Source of the DNA: Candidatus Aegiribacteria sp.
GTDB taxonomy: Bacteria > Fermentibacterota > Fermentibacteria > Fermentibacterales > JCC-6
Reading direction: 5' to 3'
Assembly (NCBI GenBank): GCA_030638185.1
Contig: DAOWFD010000382.1
Location: 1-49,086 of the forward strand
DNA: 49,086 bases
In this document: positions 26,308 through 34,311 of the stretch, one piece after another
How positions within the stretch are numbered: the first letter of the stretch is position 1
How the letters are laid out: every line of letters begins with the position of its first letter
Translations under genes and position numbers: made by a program
Notes under the pieces: generated by a model
What the model was told of the DNA's origin: nothing
Seen by the model: only the letters and a program-made list of their open reading frames with translations
Database searches by the model: none

Positions 26308-27192
26308 ATGAACAGTAAATCCGCAAAGAACAGACTGATAGAAAAAGGTATACGCGCCGGAGAAGTTGACATGTACGATGAAGATACGATCTGGTCGCAG
26401 AACAGCAGTGACAAGGTTGATATTGCAGAAGAGCTGATGCGTATAGTCAGGGAAATCTTCAGATCGGTTCCCCTTGACCGCAACCTAAAGGCTCTTTCAA
26501 TCGGCTCGGGTTCTGAGCCCCAGTTTCAGATTCTCGAGGCGTCGTTCAGGGAAGGATTGTTCCTTCTTGATATCGATAGAATTCCTCTGTCCGTAATTGA
26601 CAGACGGATAAAGAGCCACTGGATAGATCATGTATCGACCATTCAGGCGGATTACAATAAAACTCTTGTTTGCATTGAAGACGCACAGCGGTTTCTCAGG
26701 GAAGAATTGGGAGGCAGCAGGCAGGATCTTATCACACTGCATCATTCTCTTTACTACGCAAGCGAGTCTGATTGGGCCGAGCTGTTCAGCAGCCTCTACA
26801 GTACCATCCTGTCGTTCAAGGGATTCATCCATGCAGTTATGATGTCTTCAGACTGCAGGGAAAAGAATTCCACCACATGGCTTTACAATCACTTTGCCGG
26901 AAAATTCTTCGGATGCAGGAACGACCAGGATCTTGTCTTATTCAGCAAAACTCTCGGTAGAAGCTCAAGCTTTAGGAAAGCTGATATTCATGTTGAAACC
27001 CACAGGGTCAAATTCTTTAACGATGATTTCGAAAAATTCATGGCGGTGATATGGATGATACTTCTTTATCCGAACGTGCATGATTATACCCTTGATCAGA
27101 AGGAAGAGATAACCGAATACGTTTACGGCAACTTCTACAAAACCGGCAAACCGCTTATTCAGATGCAGGACCACCTTGTCATAGGTAAATGA
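26308..27192 (+). CDS. putative class I SAM-dependent methyltransferase (start alternatively TTG 26269)
   Basis: Motif I-like ALSIGSGSEPQ, post-I LLDID, and ITLHHSLYY. The assignment is tentative. Confidence 0.5.
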   Translation: MNSKSAKNRLIEKGIRAGEVDMYDEDTIWSQNSSDKVDIAEELMRIVREIFRSVPLDRNLKALSIGSGSEPQFQILEASFREGLFLLDIDRIPLSVIDRRIKSHWIDHVSTIQADYNKTLVCIEDAQRFLREELGGSRQDLITLHHSLYYASESDWAELFSSLYSTILSFKGFIHAVMMSSDCREKNSTTWLYNHFAGKFFGCRNDQDLVLFSKTLGRSSSFRKADIHVETHRVKFFNDDFEKFMAVIWMILLYPNVHDYTLDQKEEITEYVYGNFYKTGKPLIQMQDHLVIGK

Positions 27193-27350
27193 TATGCTTG
27201 GAACTGGTTCTATTCGGTGCTCTCTGGCAATATATATAGGGATATCGTTTTCGCGCGCGGGTCGATCCGCACGCTACCCCGAAAGTCAAGCGATCTCAAC
27301 TTGCTTCGCGAGTCGAAAATCATGCTAAGGCGTCTATGGAATAGATCTCC

Positions 27351-27719
27351 CTAGGGTTGGTACAGAACACGAAGAACTCCTACATCAACCAAGTGCTCCT
27401 CCCGAAAAAGCTCCATCTCCGTCGGCACGATCACGGTGTAATCCTCAAGTTTGAGTTGCAGAAACGTCTCCTGGAAGTTACCGTTCGCATCTACCACGAT
27501 GCAGGAAGTCATATCGTCTGATTCGGGAAGATGCTCAGGGGTGCCCTCGGCAGAAATAGGCATCCCGTATGAGAGAATAACACGTTCTCCAGCCAGGTCT
27601 ATCACTCCGACGACTGTTAGCGGCGTGGTGGTATCGGACAGCTCACCGGTACAACCGGCCAGCAAGATAAGAACTGCGACGATTGAGATGGTTCTGATAG
27701 TTTTCATCTCCTGACCCAA
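27351..27719 (-). CDS. small lipoprotein, function unknown (start TTG 27719 or ATG 27707)
   Basis: Lipobox IVAVLILLAGCTG. The mature part is ~100 aa. It lies 74 nt downstream of the C25-like gene on the same strand. Confidence 0.65.
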   Translation of the reverse strand: MGQEMKTIRTISIVAVLILLAGCTGELSDTTTPLTVVGVIDLAGERVILSYGMPISAEGTPEHLPESDDMTSCIVVDANGNFQETFLQLKLEDYTVIVPTEMELFREEHLVDVGVLRVLYQP

Positions 27720-27793
27720 CGATGATTATGTAGGGTCTACATTTCTTTTCAAATATTCTCTCACTTAACTCTATTAATACAGGTAATATGCTG

Positions 27794-29332
27794 TCAATGA
27801 AGAACGGTGAACATTGTGCAGGATCTGGCGGCTCCATCTACAGGAAGAAGCTCGACCAGATATATTCCCGTACTGTATGTAGAAACATCAAGCAGGAATT
27901 CCTCTGAGTTACAGATCATTTCATCGATTAGTCTACCTGAAATATCCCAGATACTGAGCAGACTTTCCCCCATATTCCCTGTATGGAATATGGCAGTTCC
28001 ACAACAGGGATTGCTCACAACGGATATAAATACTGATTCCGATAAAGGGTTTTCGTCTTCCGGAACTGATACGAATGCCATCGATGGAACCAGTGTGGGG
28101 TCTCCAAGCAGGGTCATTCCCAGATGCCATGATCTCTCGGATCCTGTAAATCCATTTGAGGTTATCTGATTCCACCAGTCGCTGAATCCTTCTCCTATTG
28201 ATCCGTCGTTTCCCATGGGTTCATAGAAAAAACCGAACCGAAGCATGGCACCGGACTTAGTACTTCCCACAGCAGCAAGACCATTGGTATTCAGAAAAAC
28301 GTATGATCCACCCATATAGTCACTGGTGGTAAATCTACAATTGGAACATGCAAACAGATTATAGAAGTGAGCCGGTGGTTGAATTGCAACAACTTCGTAA
28401 TTGTACGTTGGATACATTCCTGTATACCAGAGATGATAATAAGGGCATGAATGAACAAAAGGACTTATCCAGGAATAACTTGCAGGCAAGCGAATGTTTT
28501 CATAATCAGAGTCGGTAGTTACTTCATTATCGTTAACAAGATCAGTATTTGGATACAGCAGTTGCATATCCTGCTGGAAATCCAAACCCCAGTAAGCCCA
28601 GTCGTCATCAACATAACAGAGTGCCTGAAGAGGTTCAGTATCGCCCTCATCGCGCCAGCTGTGATTCTGATTAAGATATGATGTTATAAGAGAGACTTCA
28701 TCACCAAGATTGCTTGTAAGAATCCTGCCGATGTAAATCTCAGGATCAAGTTCTCCTGACCAGGTATCGTATTTTCCATCCTGACCAGGTGTTCCCTGTG
28801 ACGGATATCCAATCCATAAATCCTGCCAGCTTCCATTCAGATCCATAAAAAAGTAGTCGGACGGAAACTCTTCACTCGAATCTATGAACTCGTTGTCTAT
28901 CATCGACCAGGCAACCGGAAGGTCGCCAACTAAAACAGCACCTTCAAGACCATGATCATGACAATCTACGAGGTAATTTTTCAATTCTTCCGGTGTGCTG
29001 TAGGTGACTTCCACGACTTCCACGGTAAGTCCATTGCAGCTTATATCTGTAGCCCATTGTTCGATCAGAGCAGAACCAACAGCAGGAGCAAGACCATTTT
29101 CAAAAATTACGAGAAAACTGGTTTCATCAGATTCAGAACCGGTCTTTAGAAATGTATTAACAATCAGCGGAACAGGGAGAAATTGTGTTGTCTGCCATTC
29201 TTCCATTGTTTCAGGAATGTAACCTTCCGGATACGTTGTCATAACAACACGGGAATAGTCGTATTCAGAACCAGTACTCAGCATTAAAGCAGATAGCAGT
29301 ATTAACATGAGCCCTCCTTCAATATTGATCAT
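27794..29332 (-). CDS. C25/gingipain-like protein with T9SS C-terminal sorting domain
   Basis: GAVLVGDLPVAW block typical of C25 peptidases. Candidate His/Cys sites are FVHSCPYYH and LFACSNC. CTD: LSIWDISGRLIDE...STGIYLVELL. Confidence 0.7.
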   Translation of the reverse strand: MINIEGGLMLILLSALMLSTGSEYDYSRVVMTTYPEGYIPETMEEWQTTQFLPVPLIVNTFLKTGSESDETSFLVIFENGLAPAVGSALIEQWATDISCNGLTVEVVEVTYSTPEELKNYLVDCHDHGLEGAVLVGDLPVAWSMIDNEFIDSSEEFPSDYFFMDLNGSWQDLWIGYPSQGTPGQDGKYDTWSGELDPEIYIGRILTSNLGDEVSLITSYLNQNHSWRDEGDTEPLQALCYVDDDWAYWGLDFQQDMQLLYPNTDLVNDNEVTTDSDYENIRLPASYSWISPFVHSCPYYHLWYTGMYPTYNYEVVAIQPPAHFYNLFACSNCRFTTSDYMGGSYVFLNTNGLAAVGSTKSGAMLRFGFFYEPMGNDGSIGEGFSDWWNQITSNGFTGSERSWHLGMTLLGDPTLVPSMAFVSVPEDENPLSESVFISVVSNPCCGTAIFHTGNMGESLLSIWDISGRLIDEMICNSEEFLLDVSTYSTGIYLVELLPVDGAARSCTMFTVLH

Positions 29333-29484
29333 ACATACGGTACTCCAGCCTGGTCAATGTTACGAATGACCGATGACTGCTCGGAACTGTACGTCATTCC
29401 CAAGCTTGACTGGAGAATCCGGTTCTTTGTCTTCATTCTTATCAATTTCTTCTTTCTGAATAATACGGACTCCCGTTTATGTCT

Positions 29485-29513
29485 CTTGACTTGACCGGTC
29501 TTTGAAACTAAAC
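29485..29513 (+). promoter_or_regulatory. possible promoter TTGACT-N17-TAAACT for the 805-aa C25 gene
   Basis: TTGACT at 29485-29490, a 17-nt spacer, then TAAACT at 29508-29513, inside an AT-rich divergent intergenic region. Confidence 0.35.
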
Positions 29514-29628
29514 TTTCAACTATGTGTTAATAGCATTACAATTTATACATTACAATACTTCCATGACCTCTATCTTATAGAGTTCAAGTAACTGTTGTAG
29601 TAATACTTCATAACAGGAGGAAACCAGC

Positions 29629-32046
29629 ATGAAAATACTCTCGTTTGTGGCTGTTCTTTTTCTGCTGTCGGAGACAATCTCTGCCAGCAGCATGATCGTG
29701 AATGTGCCGCTGAACCCGGCACAGCTCTCGATCAACAATAGAGGAGTTTACACTTCTGTCACACATCCTCAGGCGTACACAACCTATACTCCTGGAGCAC
29801 CGAGTCTCCCTATCCTGCCGGTTCAACTCGCTCTGCCGACCGGCTGCAGGGCGACAGGTTTCGAAATCATCGATGAAAGTTACATGACCATCGATGGATC
29901 GCATTATATCATGCCCTCATCGGGGTGCTATCCCCTTTCAAGACCGGAACTGGCTTTACCGGCAGAACCCGATGCTCATATCTACGAGCTTAATGTTGCT
30001 TATCCTTCAGCTTCCGTTGAGTTGAACAGTTCAAGTGTGATCTGGGGAATTCCAGTGGCATATCTGACTGCGTATCCGGCTCGCTGGAACCCGGTAACCG
30101 AACAGCTTGAAATCCTCAGCAATCTTGTGATTGAAATTGAATATGAATCTGATCCTTCGGTGAACCTAGTTAGCAGGCGTACCGAAGCCAGTGAGTTGAG
30201 GGCTCAGGAAATCGTCCGCAACATGGTTGTTAATCCATCGGATGTTTCATCTTCCGGTGCAGTTCTGATTGACGCAAAAGACCTTCTTTATGGCCAGTAC
30301 GTCATCATCACCCATCCCGATTACGAAACAATCATGGAGGAACTGGCCAACTGGAAAACCGCCAAGGGCATACCCACCAATATCTATACAACAACCTGGG
30401 TGCAGTCACAGTATAACTACTGGGATCTTCAGCAGGATATACGGGCCTTCCTGACCGACTGTCGCGATGAGGGTACCGATTATGTCCTGATTGTCGGAGA
30501 TGATGACAAAGTGGCTTGCAGGGATGCTTTCATGTCCACCTTTAGCTACACTGAATATGCACCCTGTGATCTCTATTTCTCTGATATCAATGACACTGCA
30601 CCGGGTGCCGATCTCTGGGATACCAACTTCAACCATATATGGGGAGAAATAGCCGATAACATTGATTATCATCCCGATCTGTGGGTTGGAAGAGCCAGTG
30701 TAAATACCACAGGTGAAGCGGAACTGTTTGTTAAAAAGGTGCTTTTTTACGAACACATGATTAGCTGGTCTACAGGAACGGGTGATTATTTCGATACAGC
30801 CCCGGTTGAAATGCGAATTGGCCACAGCACGGAACTTCTTTTCTCTCCCCCTTATTACGGAAGTGTCAGTGCAGAGATGATCTCGGATTATGTGCCGGGT
30901 ACCTGGGAAATAGAAAAATGCTATGAATCCACCAGTAACAACAGTCATGCGATTACTGACGCGATGTTCAATGCCGGGCCGCATCATGCGTATGTTGCTG
31001 CTCATGGCAGCCAAACTTCTTTCTCGGTACCTGGAGGCAGCTATTCTAATAGTAATGTCATGAGCCTTACTAATATTTCCACTGAAAATAGTGTTGCCAT
31101 CCTGAATGCAATATGCTGTTCTAGCGGTCATCTTGATGGTGTAGAATGCTTCAGCGATGCCTGGCAAGCCAGCCCGAACGGTGGTGGTTTTGTTGCGATG
31201 AACGCCAGGTATGGCTGGGGACATTACGGGGCGCCAGGTCTTGGACCAAGCGAGCGTTTATGCGAGAAGTTCTACTACAAGTACTTCCTTGATGATATCT
31301 ACGAGCTCGGTATAGCTCACCTGACAAGCAAGGATTATTTTACTCCGCCATCCGCATTTGCAGACAGCTTTGATCTCGATGGCAATGAAGTAAAGACTCT
31401 GGACTGGTGTCTTAAAACCTACAACTTGTTCGGTGATCCAGAACTTCCAATGTGGACAGTTGAAGCTATAGACATGTCTGTTTCTCATACTTCAAACATC
31501 GTTAGTGCTGGAGATATTCATGTGGAGGTTACAAGCGAAGGCAGCCCTCTTGCCGATGCCCGTGTATGCCTGCAGAAAGGCGACTGGCAGACAGGTGAGG
31601 TATACGAAGTGGAATACACAAATGCCTCCGGTATTGCCGACATCTTCGTCAGCCCTGCAACTCTGGGAACGATAAACATCTATGTATGGGCTCACAATCA
31701 TAACACGTATGAAGGAACTATTGATGTTACAGGCGTAGGTATATGTGAACCTGAAACCGGAGAAGTTTACTTCAACAACCTGAATCCCGTTTCGCCAAGT
31801 CCTGCCTTCAGCAGTGCTGTTATCAGTTTCAGCCTTGCACAGGACGGTCCTGTACGTATTGATGTTTTTGACATCACCGGAAGAATCGTAACAACTCTGA
31901 CCAGAGATGAACTTGCTGCAGGTTCCCACAGCATGGTCTGGAACCTTGAAGCCAGCTCTGGCAACGCAGTGCCTTCAGGACTGTATCATGTGAGGGTTTC
32001 TTCCGAATCATTCACAGCATCAACCGGCATGATTGTGATCAGATAA
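29629..32046 (+). CDS. C25 family (gingipain-like) cysteine peptidase with propeptide-like N-domain and T9SS C-terminal sorting domain
   Basis: AGGAGG SD and a signal peptide. YVLIVGDDDKV. Candidate catalytic pair YVAAHGSQTSF / LNAICCSSGH. CTD: VRIDVFDITGRIVTTL...SGLYHVRV. Confidence 0.8.
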   Translation: MKILSFVAVLFLLSETISASSMIVNVPLNPAQLSINNRGVYTSVTHPQAYTTYTPGAPSLPILPVQLALPTGCRATGFEIIDESYMTIDGSHYIMPSSGCYPLSRPELALPAEPDAHIYELNVAYPSASVELNSSSVIWGIPVAYLTAYPARWNPVTEQLEILSNLVIEIEYESDPSVNLVSRRTEASELRAQEIVRNMVVNPSDVSSSGAVLIDAKDLLYGQYVIITHPDYETIMEELANWKTAKGIPTNIYTTTWVQSQYNYWDLQQDIRAFLTDCRDEGTDYVLIVGDDDKVACRDAFMSTFSYTEYAPCDLYFSDINDTAPGADLWDTNFNHIWGEIADNIDYHPDLWVGRASVNTTGEAELFVKKVLFYEHMISWSTGTGDYFDTAPVEMRIGHSTELLFSPPYYGSVSAEMISDYVPGTWEIEKCYESTSNNSHAITDAMFNAGPHHAYVAAHGSQTSFSVPGGSYSNSNVMSLTNISTENSVAILNAICCSSGHLDGVECFSDAWQASPNGGGFVAMNARYGWGHYGAPGLGPSERLCEKFYYKYFLDDIYELGIAHLTSKDYFTPPSAFADSFDLDGNEVKTLDWCLKTYNLFGDPELPMWTVEAIDMSVSHTSNIVSAGDIHVEVTSEGSPLADARVCLQKGDWQTGEVYEVEYTNASGIADIFVSPATLGTINIYVWAHNHNTYEGTIDVTGVGICEPETGEVYFNNLNPVSPSPAFSSAVISFSLAQDGPVRIDVFDITGRIVTTLTRDELAAGSHSMVWNLEASSGNAVPSGLYHVRVSSESFTASTGMIVIR

Positions 32047-32064
32047 GATACTGTCTGTTGGTGG

Positions 32065-32104
32065 TTTCGGGGACATGAACGTGTTTCATGTCCCCGGAAA
32101 ACCG
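32065..32104. terminator. 12-bp perfect hairpin between convergent genes; U-tract only on the minus strand
   Basis: CGGGGACATGAA-CGTGT-TTCATGTCCCCG. The minus strand continues with UUUUC; the plus strand has no U-run. Confidence 0.65.
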
Positions 32105-32279
32105 AAATACAGGATACAACCGGAACTGGAACATGTACCTGTTCTGAGAAATTTTTCAACAATATCGTCGATCATGAAGCCGCTATCATCATCTTCATCT
32201 ATATCGCCCATAACCTGTAAAATCAGCTCGATTCGTTATCAACTGATTGCTCCTGTTTGAATCTTTTTTATAAAGCAAA

Positions 32280-33047
32280 TTACCTTTCGGAGCATGTGTA
32301 ATCCTTTGCAAACTCGATGACACACACATTTCCATAGGCAGGATGCTCTTCTATTGCAATACCTACCAGTCTGAAATTCGGATTGAGAACGTTCGTTCGA
32401 TGTCCTCTGTCAGAGACTCCATCATCAATTAAAAGGCCAATTACGATCTCTCTTCCGGTAGTCGGCCCATATGAGATGACTTCTCCAATTGAAGTAAACC
32501 ATTGCCCATACCGCTCGATCCTGGCTGAAAACTCCGACTGATCGCTCCCGATATGACCTGTTTCTCCTGTTAGCGACAGATCCAGAGCATGATCCAAAGC
32601 AGCCATACTAATACCCTCCGATGGAAACAGAGGGTTCATCAGCTCGGTATCTTCCATGTCTGAAACACACTCTTCAACTGCCTGCACACCCTCCTGGGTT
32701 ACAAGTGTCAATTCTCCCGGTTCCCGATACACTGTACCGGAAAAGTACTCCATCCTTGGTTCTATGAAATCGTGTGCGTAACGAGCCGGATCAGTCCGCG
32801 CCATATTCAAATGCAGTATTACGTCTTTCTCAAGATCGTCAAGGAATTCCGCGTCTGCTGCTGTTGAAAGCTCCTGGAGAGTCCAGTCTGTTACCAGCCA
32901 GAGGTCCGGTTTGCTCCAATCAGAGGGTGAGTGGATCTTGGAGTCCTTGAGTATGACTGTCGGTACTCTTAGCTGTTCCGATATGGATCCGCAGCTGGAA
33001 ATCGACAGTATCAGTATTGTCTGTAAGACTAGCTTCAGTATTTGCAT
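32280..33047 (-). CDS. CAP/SCP (PR-1-like, YkwD-type) domain lipoprotein (start ATG 33047 or GTG 33071)
   Basis: Lipobox LILSISSCGS. LNMARTDPARYA and GHRTNVLNPNFRLVGIA are CAP-domain motifs. Confidence 0.8.
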   Translation of the reverse strand: MQILKLVLQTILILSISSCGSISEQLRVPTVILKDSKIHSPSDWSKPDLWLVTDWTLQELSTAADAEFLDDLEKDVILHLNMARTDPARYAHDFIEPRMEYFSGTVYREPGELTLVTQEGVQAVEECVSDMEDTELMNPLFPSEGISMAALDHALDLSLTGETGHIGSDQSEFSARIERYGQWFTSIGEVISYGPTTGREIVIGLLIDDGVSDRGHRTNVLNPNFRLVGIAIEEHPAYGNVCVIEFAKDYTCSER

Positions 33048-33251
33048 TTTCCAAGACTCTCTTAAGTACACCCATACTCGTTAATCAGGAATATTTACAA
33101 GCTTATCATGCACAAATCAGTATGGTCTGAACACCAGTCATGTATTGTAAGGCAGAGTGGACCCGCCGAAGGGATTCATGCTCCCCATGCTGCAATGTCT
33201 GCCATCAGCGGTGAAGTAATCCGCATTCGTTGCATTTGTCTTGTTCGATTT

Positions 33252-33398
33252 CTACCTGTATACGTTTTTCCTGTGTCTGGTTCTGACTGCACAGATGATG
33301 AGTTCCTCATCTTCGATCTCATATATCACCCTGTATACACCACAGTGTAATCTGTACTTCCTTAATAGCCTCTCCTCCTCGAAAGAGGCGGGGGAAGC
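33252..33398 (-). pseudogene. RelE/ParE-family toxin remnant (C-terminal ~34 aa) fused to a duplicated glycosyltransferase fragment
   Basis: The minus-strand frame after a TAA reads ASPASFEEERLLRKYRLHCGVYRVIYEIEDEELIICAVRTRHRKNVYR*. YRVIYEI.D..L.I..V..RHRK.VY is the RelE/ParE C-terminal signature. There is no start codon, N-terminal half or antitoxin. Confidence 0.6.
33351..33396. repeat. 46-nt direct repeat, copy A (2 mismatches to copy B)
   Basis: tctgtacttccttaatagcctctcctcctcgaaagaggcgggggaa. Confidence 0.9.
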
Positions 33399-33519
33399 TT
33401 ACCGTATCAATACTAGACTACAACTACCAAGGCGTTCACCGGATCTGACGAGTGCGATGTAGGTCCCCGGTTCCTGGCAAGAGTAGGATGAAAGTGATCA
33501 CCTCTGTAGACTAAGGTTC

Positions 33520-34311
33520 TTATTGCGTTTTATCAAGCACCGCAGAGGAAATGACAGAGTTCCGGTGGATGACCTTCTTGAGGAATTTTTTCCAGCTTAC
33601 TCCCCATTTGCTCTTGAAATATTTCTGTGGATCCATCGTTGTGGATCCGTCGAAACGGGCAGTTGTTCCTTTGGCGAAATGATAGACCAGGCTGTTACCC
33701 ACTCCTATGAAGTGCCTGCATCCGTACCTGTACATTTTCATGGCGAGATCGGGATCGCTGCCGAAACCCGGGAAGTACTCTTCGTCGAACCCGCCTATGG
33801 CTTCCCAGTCCCTTCTGGAAAGAAGAACCGGAGTCCATGTGCTGACTACATTGTAGGGCCGCAAGAGGGTTCTGTACTCCCTTAATAACCTCTCCTCCTC
33901 GAAAGAGGCGGGGGAATCACCGTAGTTCCTGTTGCCTATGTAGCATGGAGTGGAGTTCCCTGGTTCTATGGCGGTTCCAGAAAGCCACAGTTTATCGGCA
34001 AGACCAGAATATCCAGCAAGAGCGGTATCCCAGCCGGGAAGCGGGTACATGTCATCGTTCATATAGCAGATAAAATCAGTTGTTGCCTTCGAAGCAGCCC
34101 TGTTGACAGCTGTGCATACACCTGTATTCTTCGATGATCCGCAGGGCAGGATGTTTTTCCCACGAGCCCAGTCTTCACATGATTCATCGAATTCGTTGAA
34201 GAAGATAATAATCTCATGAGGTACTGCACTGTTACCTGTAAGCCCCCTGTACATGAGATCGAGATATTCCAGGTTCTTCCATGTCGGAACTACTACTGAA
34301 AAAGGTTTCAT
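33520..34311 (-). CDS. family 2 glycosyltransferase
   Basis: FSVVVPTWKNLEYL N-terminus and a DD motif (YMNDDMYP). The start shares 1 nt with the glyQS stop (TAATG). Confidence 0.75.
   Translation of the reverse strand: MKPFSVVVPTWKNLEYLDLMYRGLTGNSAVPHEIIIFFNEFDESCEDWARGKNILPCGSSKNTGVCTAVNRAASKATTDFICYMNDDMYPLPGWDTALAGYSGLADKLWLSGTAIEPGNSTPCYIGNRNYGDSPASFEEERLLREYRTLLRPYNVVSTWTPVLLSRRDWEAIGGFDEEYFPGFGSDPDLAMKMYRYGCRHFIGVGNSLVYHFAKGTTARFDGSTTMDPQKYFKSKWGVSWKKFLKKVIHRNSVISSAVLDKTQ
33871..33916. repeat. 46-nt direct repeat, copy B (inside the GT2 gene), exactly 520 nt from copy A
   Basis: tctgtactcccttaataacctctcctcctcgaaagaggcgggggaa. Confidence 0.9.

Noticed and set aside
27246-27320. tRNA or tRNA fragment in the 74-nt inverted-repeat-bounded element
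   Set aside because: A 7-bp acceptor-like stem can be drawn on the minus strand. However, the D-loop lacks GG, no 5-bp anticodon stem forms, and the T-loop would have 6 nt with the wrong sequence. It is kept only as an unassigned structured element in the findings.
30406-31224. 272-aa minus-strand ORF inside the 805-aa C25 gene. Similar long antisense ORFs occur at 23009-23602, 34626-35402 and 39343-40023.
   Set aside because: All are antisense to genes with strong family signatures (C25, HflK, GlyRS, 7TM-HD). They have no recognisable motifs and look like shadow ORFs.
32075-32260. 61-aa plus-strand ORF between the convergent C25 and CAP genes
   Set aside because: It starts inside the terminator hairpin downstream of the C25 gene, has no SD, and has a Ser/Ile-rich low-complexity product. 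The opposite-strand 41-codon ORF is the marginally better candidate.
33108-33462. Plus-strand ORFs of 80 and 73 aa in the CAP/GT2 intergenic region
   Set aside because: They are antisense to, or overlap, the RelE/ParE remnant and the duplicated GT2 fragment. Their composition is low-complexity (runs of S) with no start context.
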